Assembly: GCA_002778965.1 (NCBI GenBank)
Contig: PEXX01000046.1
Coordinates: forward strand, 1-45,455
DNA: 45,455 nt
Direction of reading: 5' to 3'
DNA from: Candidatus Kuenenbacteria bacterium CG08_land_8_20_14_0_20_37_23
GTDB lineage: Bacteria; Patescibacteriota; Patescibacteriia; UBA2196; GWA2-42-15
The notes below the pieces were generated by a model. The model did not search any database. It was not told the DNA's origin and worked only from the letters and a program-made list of their open reading frames with translations. Both the position numbers and the translations under genes were made by a program. Shown here in pieces: positions 36,465-42,303 of this stretch (position 1 is its first letter; each line of letters begins with the position of its first letter).

Positions 36465-36484
36465 ATTGTTAAATTGCTAATTTG
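36453..36484 (+). repeat. Tandem octamer (YTAAATTG) x4 spanning the GT4 stop codon
   Basis: ttaaattg ctaaattg ttaaattg ctaatttg. The TAA stop (36462-36464) is inside unit 2, and the array abuts the -35 box of the next promoter. Confidence 0.85.
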
Positions 36485-36485
36485 T

Positions 36486-36514
36486 TTGTCATTTTTAAGA
36501 TAATTTGCTATACT
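36486..36514 (+). promoter_or_regulatory. Promoter of the MNT/HEPN cassette (TTGTCA-17-TATACT), implies a leaderless mRNA
   Basis: ttgtca at 36486-36491, 17 nt spacer, tatact at 36509-36514. The ATG at 36522 follows 7 nt later. Confidence 0.5.
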
Positions 36515-36521
36515 AAATAAT

Positions 36522-36809
36522 ATGATACCAGCCAGATATTTAGAACAGATAAAGACCATGCTGTTTGATTTTAATCAAGATGGGAAATGTCGCTTTTTCC
36601 TGTTTGGTTCCAGTTTGGCGAGATCGCGTTTCGGCGATGTGGACATTGGAGTTATGGGCAAAGTGGCTGACAAAGATATTGGCTGTTTAAGAGAAAAGTT
36701 TAGAGATTCTACTTTACCTTATGGTGTAGATGTTGTGGATTTTAATAAGGTTTCCAAACAATTTAAGAACAATGTTTTAAATAACAAAGTTTTATGGATA
36801 ACGTCTTAA
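36522..36809 (+). CDS. Minimal nucleotidyltransferase (MNT/MntA-type antitoxin candidate)
   Basis: 95 aa. FLFGSSLARSRFGDVDIGV matches the GS...DxD pol-beta NTase motif. Confidence 0.8.
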   Translation: MIPARYLEQIKTMLFDFNQDGKCRFFLFGSSLARSRFGDVDIGVMGKVADKDIGCLREKFRDSTLPYGVDVVDFNKVSKQFKNNVLNNKVLWITS

Positions 36810-37180
36810 AAATTAAGAAACAAGAATTATCGCAAGCGCTAAGGACACTCAAAGAAGTTTTGCGCAAAAAGAATCAAAATGAGATTATCAGGGATGCTGT
36901 CATTAAACGTTTTGAATATACTTTTGAATCGGCTTGGAAAACAGTCAAGTTATTTTTAAGGCAAGCACATGGCATAGACGTTTTTTCACCCAAGGACTGC
37001 TGGCGGGAGTTGAGAAAAAATACGCCGTTCACTGATGAGGAAACTGTATTATTATTAAAAATGGCTGATGATCGCAATGAAATTATTCATACTTATCGCG
37101 AGGAATTTGCTGAAGAATTATATGGTAAAATAAAAGTTGATTATTATAAGTTGCTGGAGAAAATTTATAAAATAATATGA
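36794..37180 (+). CDS. HEPN-fold protein, HI0074-type nucleotidyltransferase substrate-binding family (HepT-like toxin candidate)
   Basis: 128 aa. RFEYTFE.AWK and MADDRNEIIHTY (an R-x4-H HEPN motif). Overlaps the MNT gene by 16 nt. Confidence 0.78.
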   Translation: MDNVLKIKKQELSQALRTLKEVLRKKNQNEIIRDAVIKRFEYTFESAWKTVKLFLRQAHGIDVFSPKDCWRELRKNTPFTDEETVLLLKMADDRNEIIHTYREEFAEELYGKIKVDYYKLLEKIYKII

Positions 37181-37581
37181 GCAAAAAGCAGGTTAGAGAA
37201 CTGGCTAAATACTGGAAGAAGTCGGCGGAGCGGAGCTGGCAGGCGGCTTTAAGTTTGTTTAAAAGCAAACATTATGATGCTTGTTTGTTTTTCTGCCATT
37301 TGGCCATAGAAAAAATGATAAAAGCTACAGTCATTGAGAAGACCGGCAAAGTAGCTCCTTTTATTCATGATTTGGAAAAATTAGCTCACTTGGCCAATAT
37401 ATCTTTAGTTGGTGAAACGGCCAAGATTTTACGCGAGATTACCAATTTTAATGTTGCTGGTCGTTATGAGGACGCAAAGTACAGTTTTTATAAAAAATGC
37501 ACCAAAAGTTACACCGGAAAAAATTTGCAAGTCTGCAAAGACATATTTTTATGGCTAAAAAAAGAATACCCAAAAAAGTAG
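37177..37581 (+). CDS. HEPN domain protein (classical HEPN/KNTase-C type)
   Basis: 134 aa. FFCHLAIEK, IHDLEKLA and VAGRYED motifs. ATGA start/stop overlap with the previous gene. Confidence 0.72.
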   Translation: MSKKQVRELAKYWKKSAERSWQAALSLFKSKHYDACLFFCHLAIEKMIKATVIEKTGKVAPFIHDLEKLAHLANISLVGETAKILREITNFNVAGRYEDAKYSFYKKCTKSYTGKNLQVCKDIFLWLKKEYPKK

Positions 37582-37877
37582 AAAAAAAAATCAGGGAATA
37601 TGTGGATATTTTAGAAGAAGATAAGTTGCCGATTAAAAAGGTGATTCTTTTTGGTTCTTATGCTAAGGGCACACAGCACAAATGGAGCGATTTAGATGTC
37701 TGTATTGTTTCTCCTAAATTTCATGATTTTTTTGATGATATGCAATATTTATGGGCAAAAAGAAAATTTGATGCTGATTTAAGTATTGAGCCGTTGGGTT
37801 TCAACCCCAAAGATTTCCGCGATCCGAGTTCGTTGGTGCAGGAAATTAAGGATCACGGCATTGAGATAAAAATTTAA
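37551..37877 (+). CDS. Minimal nucleotidyltransferase (second MNT)
   Basis: 108 aa from the ATG at 37551. ILFGSYAKGTQHKWSDLDVCIV is the NTase motif. Overlaps the HEPN gene by 31 nt. Confidence 0.78.
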   Translation: MAKKRIPKKVEKKIREYVDILEEDKLPIKKVILFGSYAKGTQHKWSDLDVCIVSPKFHDFFDDMQYLWAKRKFDADLSIEPLGFNPKDFRDPSSLVQEIKDHGIEIKI

Positions 37878-37910
37878 AGAATATTTTTAGGTTTATGCGT
37901 TTATTAAATA

Positions 37911-38130
37911 GGTGGTTTCAAGTTTCTATTGCAACTGAATTGTTAATTAGCCTCTACTGGTTCAAACTTGCAGTTTGAACCAAGTATTTGGCAACCAGCC
38001 AATAGCATGGAATTTAAGCATTAGAGCGATCTGTTAAATATTGTGGTTCAGTCTATAAGACTGAACCAGCTGAGGATAAACACATATTGCCTAATACTGA
38101 TTTTTGGACTAAAATTAGTATTAGCAATCC
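37911..38130 (+). repeat. Hairpin-rich element / candidate structured RNA (GGTTCA...TGAACC hairpins), intergenic copy
   Basis: Perfect 10 bp hairpins at 37959-37981 (ggttcaaact tgc agtttgaacc) and 38045-38067 (ggttcagtct ata agactgaacc). A degenerate hairpin lies at about 37914-37940 and a further hairpin at about 38087-38128. A homologous copy sits at 40385-40497. Confidence 0.7.
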
Positions 38131-38133
38131 TAT

Positions 38134-38160
38134 CTCCGGCCAGTATGGCCGGGGTTTTTA
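38134..38160 (+). terminator. Rho-independent terminator
   Basis: GC-rich stem ctccggcca / tggccgggg (38134-38154) with a gta loop, followed by ttttta. Confidence 0.7.
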
Positions 38161-38171
38161 TTTCTCAAAAT

Positions 38172-38200
38172 TTGCTGTTAAAATGTTAAAATGCTAAAAT
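38172..38200 (+). promoter_or_regulatory. Promoter of the GT2 gene (TTGCTG-17-TAAAAT), implies a leaderless mRNA
   Basis: ttgctg at 38172-38177, 17 nt spacer, taaaat at 38195-38200. The ATG at 38207 follows 6 nt later. Confidence 0.4.
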
Positions 38201-38206
38201 ACTATT

Positions 38207-38911
38207 ATGATTTCCATTATTATTCCAGTTTATAATATGCTAGAAGAACTGGCCAAGTGTCTTGCAAGTTTGGGTAAACAGACTTATAAGGATTTTGAGG
38301 TGGTGGTGGTGGATGACGGGTCAAGTCACAAAAACACGGAAAACACGAAAACACGAAAACACGATTTAGCTATAAAATTCTGTAGAATAGAGCATAGCGG
38401 AGCGCCGCGGGCGCGGAATTTCGGACTGGAGAAAAGCAAGGGCGAATATATTTTATTTTGCGACGCTGATATGGAGTTGAAGGAAGATTGTTTAGAAAAA
38501 ATGCTAAAAGCGTTAGAAAATAATTTATCGGCCAGTTATGTTTATGCTGATTTTAAATACGGCTGGAAAAAATTTAAATTTTGGGATTTTGACGCGGACA
38601 AATTAAAACAGATAAATTTTGTGAATACTTGTTCTTTGGTCAGACGGCAGGCTTTGGACGGGGTGAGTTGGGACGAGAGTTTGGAAAAATTTCAGGACTG
38701 GGATTTGTGGTTGAGCTTGCTTGAAAAAGGAAAGATCGGAGTATATATTCCAGAAGTTTTATTTAAGGCAAGCGCTGGCAGTGGAAAAATCAGCCAGTGG
38801 CTACCGAAAACTTTTTATAAATTGCCTTTTAGTTGGGAGAGCAAAAAAAAGTATGAGAAATGGAAGAGAGTGGTGCAGGAAAAACACAAAATTTTAAAAT
38901 CCGAAGTCTGA
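38207..38911 (+). CDS. Family 2 glycosyltransferase
   Basis: ISIIIPVYN...EVVVVDDGS...FCDADME (DXD). 234 aa. Confidence 0.85.
   Translation: MISIIIPVYNMLEELAKCLASLGKQTYKDFEVVVVDDGSSHKNTENTKTRKHDLAIKFCRIEHSGAPRARNFGLEKSKGEYILFCDADMELKEDCLEKMLKALENNLSASYVYADFKYGWKKFKFWDFDADKLKQINFVNTCSLVRRQALDGVSWDESLEKFQDWDLWLSLLEKGKIGVYIPEVLFKASAGSGKISQWLPKTFYKLPFSWESKKKYEKWKRVVQEKHKILKSEV
38331..38363 (+). repeat. Tandem octamer (AAAACACG) x4 inside the GT2 CDS
   Basis: aaaacacg g aaaacacg aaaacacg aaaacacg, translated as KNTENTKTRKH directly after the conserved DDGS motif. Confidence 0.9.
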
Positions 38912-39020
38912 AGTTTGAATTTTGATTCAAGAATTAAGTTTAAAGTATTTTTATAAAATTTCTACTTAAAAATTAAAATTTTAAAATTCAATCAAAATTC
39001 AAACTTAATATTTAAAAATT
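38901..39020. repeat. TIR-bearing AT-rich dispersed element, copy B (intergenic, contains the GT2 stop codon)
   Basis: Left arm tttgaattttgattcaagaat (38914-38934), right arm attcaatcaaaattcaaact (38986-39005). The GT2 TGA stop (38909-38911) lies inside the conserved left end. Confidence 0.7.
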
Positions 39021-39026
39021 AAACTC

Positions 39027-39893
39027 ATGAAATTATCCATTATAATTGTCAGTTATAATGTGCGCGATCTGCTCAAAAAATGTCTTGAGTCTATTTTTAG
39101 ATATATAAAAAATATTGATTTTGAGGTGATAGTGATAGACAACGCGTCGTCTGACGGTAGCGCGGCAATGGTTGGCCGAGAGTTTTTGACAGTCAATTTG
39201 ATTGCTAATAAAAAAAATTTAGGTTTTGCCAGCGCTAATAATCAGGGGATCGCGCGCGTCAGGGGCAAATATATTTTAATTTTAAACGATGATACGGAGC
39301 TGATTGATAACAGTTTAGAGAAACTGATTGGCTTGATGGAGAAAAATAATAATTGGGCGATTATGGGTTGTAAATTATTGAATCAAGACGGCAGTTTGCA
39401 GGCATCGGTCAGACGTTTTCCTCATTTTTTTGATCAACTGCTTGTGCTTTTAAAACTACATCATCTGCCTAGTTTTAAAAGAGATTTGGAGAATTATATG
39501 TGCACGGTTTTTGATTATGGGCAGACGCAAGAAGTTGAGCAGATTATGGGCGCTTGTATGCTGATCAGAAAAGAAATTTTTGATAAAATTGGCAGTTTTG
39601 ATGAAAAATATTTTTACTGGTTTGAAGAGGTGGATTTATGCAAAAGAGCCGCTAATGTCGGATTAAAAGTTATTTATACGCCGCAAGCCCAAATCATCCA
39701 TCATGGCGGGGCAAGTTTTAACCAAATTAACTGGCATAAACAGATAATTTGGAACCACTCTGTCTGCCGTTATTTTTTGAAGCATGGCAAGAAGTGGCAG
39801 TTTACTGTTTTGTGGTTTTTGGGACCAATCAGTATTCTACTCGCAGTCGTTGCGGATTGGATGAAAAAATTTAAAATAAATTTTTATGAATAA
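39027..39893 (+). CDS. Family 2 glycosyltransferase (rhamnosyltransferase-like)
   Basis: LSIIIVSYNVRDLL...VIVIDNASSDGS...ILNDDTE...FYWFEEVDLC. 288 aa. Confidence 0.85.
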   Translation: MKLSIIIVSYNVRDLLKKCLESIFRYIKNIDFEVIVIDNASSDGSAAMVGREFLTVNLIANKKNLGFASANNQGIARVRGKYILILNDDTELIDNSLEKLIGLMEKNNNWAIMGCKLLNQDGSLQASVRRFPHFFDQLLVLLKLHHLPSFKRDLENYMCTVFDYGQTQEVEQIMGACMLIRKEIFDKIGSFDEKYFYWFEEVDLCKRAANVGLKVIYTPQAQIIHHGGASFNQINWHKQIIWNHSVCRYFLKHGKKWQFTVLWFLGPISILLAVVADWMKKFKINFYE

Positions 39894-41634
39894 TCATTTC
39901 AGAGCGGCTTTAATTTTTTTGATTTTCTTGGAGTTATTGTCAATATTTGCATGGGGGTTGCCTGTGTTTAACACTGTAGCTTTTTTGGTGATTGTTTTTT
40001 TGACTTTTGTTTTGGCGCTCAAGAAATTACGCTATGGCATATACATTGCGGCGGCTGAACTAATTGTCGGATCATACGGCTATTTATTTTCTTTGAATTT
40101 TGGAATGGGTAATACTTTGATTTCAATCAGAATGGGCATATTTGCAGCGGTTATGTTTTCCTGGGTGGTTAATGTTTTAAAACATGGCGGATTTAGGGAT
40201 TATTGGTGTGAATTAAACGCGTTTGAATTTTTTAGATATTATTTATATTTAGCGGCAGTTTTGGCATGGGGTTTTATATGGGGAATAATACGGGGCAATG
40301 ATTTTGGCAATGTGTTTTTGGATTTTAACAACTGGTTGTTTTTTTTGTATTTACTGCCATTGTTATCAATCAAGAAGCAAGCCGATGGTTCAAACCGCAG
40401 GCCTGAACCAGAAAATTTGGAAACTTGCTCATTTGTTGATGATCCAAATGTTATGGTTCAATCTGCAAGATTGAACCAGCGGGAGAATAAACAGGAATTA
40501 AGCCGCCGGTTGATAGTGGATGATTTTTGGCATGGATTCGTGCAGATCGTTTTGGCGGCGTTATGCTGGCTCATAATAAAAACATTCATCTTACTCTATA
40601 TTTTTTCCCATCAATTTATCTGGGCATTGCCGGAAGTTTATCAATGGATAAGAGATACTAGAGTTGGAGAAATTACTATGATAAGTAATAATTTTTATCG
40701 GATATTTTTGCAGTCGCAAATCTACGCGCTTTTGGCTTTTTTTATCCTCCTCCCAATTTCCAATTTCCAATTTCCAATTTCCAATAAAAATTCAAAATTC
40801 AAAATTCAAAATTCAAAATTTTTATTTCTTTTGATCGGCTGCCTAAGCGCAGTGATTATTAGTTTTTCCCGCAGTTTTTGGCTGGGATTAATTGGAGGGT
40901 TGTGTGTATATTTTTTATATTTAATATTTTACGGATTACGAATTACTGATTATGGATTACGAATAAAGATTTTAATCGGGCAAGTGTTCAAGTTGTTTGG
41001 TGCGGTGGCCATATCGTTTAGCATAATATTTTTAATTGTAAATTTACCGCCGAAGATTGCTGGCAAGAATTTAAGCAGTTTGATTTCTAAAAGGACGACC
41101 GAAATTGAAGCAGCTGGATCTTCGCGGCTAAATATGTTAAAACCACTTGGTCTGGCTATTATAAAACACCCGCTGATTGGTTCAGGATTTGGCGCAACCG
41201 CAACGTATCAAAGCGCAGATCCGCGCATTTTAACAACTACAGCCGTGGCTAGCGGCGAATATACCACTTATGCTTTTGAATGGGCGTATCTTGATTTGCT
41301 TCTTAAAATTGGCTTAGTTGGATTGGCTATCTATTTACTTTTAATATACAAGGTATTGCAGGCGCTAGGGAAGCAAATCAAGAATTTTGAAATTAAAAGT
41401 TTGAATTTTGATTCAAGTTTTAAGTTAGAAGTTCAAAATTCAGACTTTAAAATTGAATCAAAATTCAGAATTCATACTTTTAAATTTGGTTTAATGTTAG
41501 CTTTTATTTCTTTATTAATTGTCAATATCTTCACGCCTTATTTAAATCATCCCCTGGGGATTGGCGCCGTTATTTTGGTTAGCGCATTTTTGGATAAAGG
41601 TCCAATCAACGGCAATAGGTCTAATAGTTTATGA
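39886..41634 (+). CDS. O-antigen ligase/polymerase-like membrane protein (Wzy_C-type) carrying four in-frame repeat insertions
   Basis: 582 aa polytopic protein. SRSFWLGL...RLNMLKPLGLAIIKHPLIGSGFG fits the O-antigen ligase family loop. The frame stays intact through all repeat segments. Confidence 0.7.
   Translation: MNNHFRAALIFLIFLELLSIFAWGLPVFNTVAFLVIVFLTFVLALKKLRYGIYIAAAELIVGSYGYLFSLNFGMGNTLISIRMGIFAAVMFSWVVNVLKHGGFRDYWCELNAFEFFRYYLYLAAVLAWGFIWGIIRGNDFGNVFLDFNNWLFFLYLLPLLSIKKQADGSNRRPEPENLETCSFVDDPNVMVQSARLNQRENKQELSRRLIVDDFWHGFVQIVLAALCWLIIKTFILLYIFSHQFIWALPEVYQWIRDTRVGEITMISNNFYRIFLQSQIYALLAFFILLPISNFQFPISNKNSKFKIQNSKFLFLLIGCLSAVIISFSRSFWLGLIGGLCVYFLYLIFYGLRITDYGLRIKILIGQVFKLFGAVAISFSIIFLIVNLPPKIAGKNLSSLISKRTTEIEAAGSSRLNMLKPLGLAIIKHPLIGSGFGATATYQSADPRILTTTAVASGEYTTYAFEWAYLDLLLKIGLVGLAIYLLLIYKVLQALGKQIKNFEIKSLNFDSSFKLEVQNSDFKIESKFRIHTFKFGLMLAFISLLIVNIFTPYLNHPLGIGAVILVSAFLDKGPINGNRSNSL
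40385..40497 (+). repeat. GGTTCA-hairpin element, copy embedded in frame in the Wzy-like CDS
   Basis: Hairpins at 40387-40409 and 40455-40477 are homologous to those at 37959-37981 and 38045-38067. The shared flank ...tgaaccagc.g.g.ataaaca follows. Translated as ADGSNRRPEPENLETCSFVDDPNVMVQSARLNQRENKQ. Confidence 0.7.
40753..40820 (+). repeat. Two abutting tandem heptamer arrays, (CCAATTT) x4.7 and (AAAATTC) x4.9, inside the Wzy-like CDS
   Basis: The ccaattt units run 40753-40785 and the aaaattc units 40787-40820. Translated as PISNFQFPISNKNSKFKIQNSKF. Confidence 0.9.
40933..40964 (+). repeat. 21-nt period direct duplication (ggattacgaat ... ggattacgaat)
   Basis: An 11-mer is repeated at 40933-40943 and 40954-40964, giving the peptide YGLRITDYGLRIK. 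Confidence 0.8.
41387..41487. repeat. TIR-bearing AT-rich dispersed element, copy C (translated in frame within the Wzy-like CDS)
   Basis: Left arm agtttgaattttgattcaag (41398-41417), right arm attgaatcaaaattcagaattca (41451-41473). Translated as EIKSLNFDSSFKLEVQNSDFKIESKFRIHTFKF. Confidence 0.7.
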
Positions 41635-42290
41635 ACAAAAAAATAGAAGAATATTATAATAGAAAAGAAGATTACGGAGTCAATAAATTGCGAGAGAAGA
41701 AAATCAACTTTTTAGTTGACAAAGATATTAAGACCGGTGAAAAAAATATATTGGACGTCGGATGCGCCAGTGGGTATATTTCCACAAATTGGCGTAAGGG
41801 CAATCACCTTATTGGTCTTGATATTGCCAGTAAGTTTGCCAAATTGGCTCAAGGCGCTCTGGATGAATTTTATGTGTTAAATCTGGAGTCAAATAATTGG
41901 CCGCAAGCAGTCATCCAAAAAAGATTTGATATTATTTTATGCGCCGAAGTTTTAGAGCATTTATTCGCTCCGCAAGATTTTTTATTAAAATTAAAAGATT
42001 TGTTGAATAAAGATGGATATATTATTATTACCACCCCCAATTTTTTGGTCTGGAATAATCGTTTTAGAATGTTTTTAGGCCGATATGGGGCACAGGAACT
42101 TTTTAATGATTACGGACACATACATTTATTTAGTTATAATTCTTTACAAAAATTATTACATCAAGTAAGATTAAAGATAATTAGCCAAGATAATCTTTGG
42201 TATCCCAATTATTTGGAAAAATTTGCTAAAATTTTATCCCCCAATTTATTTGTTTATCAAGCAATTCTTAAGGTTAAGCCCGTCAAATAA
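41631..42290 (+). CDS. Class I SAM-dependent methyltransferase
   Basis: ILDVGCASGY (motif I) and ILCAEVLEHL. 219 aa. ATGA overlap with the preceding gene. Confidence 0.82.
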   Translation: MNKKIEEYYNRKEDYGVNKLREKKINFLVDKDIKTGEKNILDVGCASGYISTNWRKGNHLIGLDIASKFAKLAQGALDEFYVLNLESNNWPQAVIQKRFDIILCAEVLEHLFAPQDFLLKLKDLLNKDGYIIITTPNFLVWNNRFRMFLGRYGAQELFNDYGHIHLFSYNSLQKLLHQVRLKIISQDNLWYPNYLEKFAKILSPNLFVYQAILKVKPVK

Positions 42291-42303
42291 TTTCGCCCAA
42301 AAA

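Noticed and set aside
37959-37981. tRNA or tRNA-like T-arm (GGTTCAAA resembles the GGTTCGAAT T-loop)
   Set aside because: No acceptor, D or anticodon arms can be drawn around any copy, and the sequence is a simple perfect hairpin. I found no tRNA in any intergenic region of the window.
37911-38067. CRISPR array (palindromic ~23-nt units recurring after HEPN genes). The same idea was considered for the tandem arrays at 40753-40820.
   Set aside because: The hairpin units differ in their stems, are irregularly spaced (about 45 and 86 nt) and number only 2-3. The tandem arrays have 7-8 nt units with no spacers. No cas genes are present.
38299-38311. Trinucleotide run ggtggtggtggtg in the GT2 gene, considered as a slippage tract
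   Set aside because: It encodes the conserved hydrophobic VVVVD strand of GT2 enzymes. The triplet unit preserves the frame, so it is not a switch candidate.
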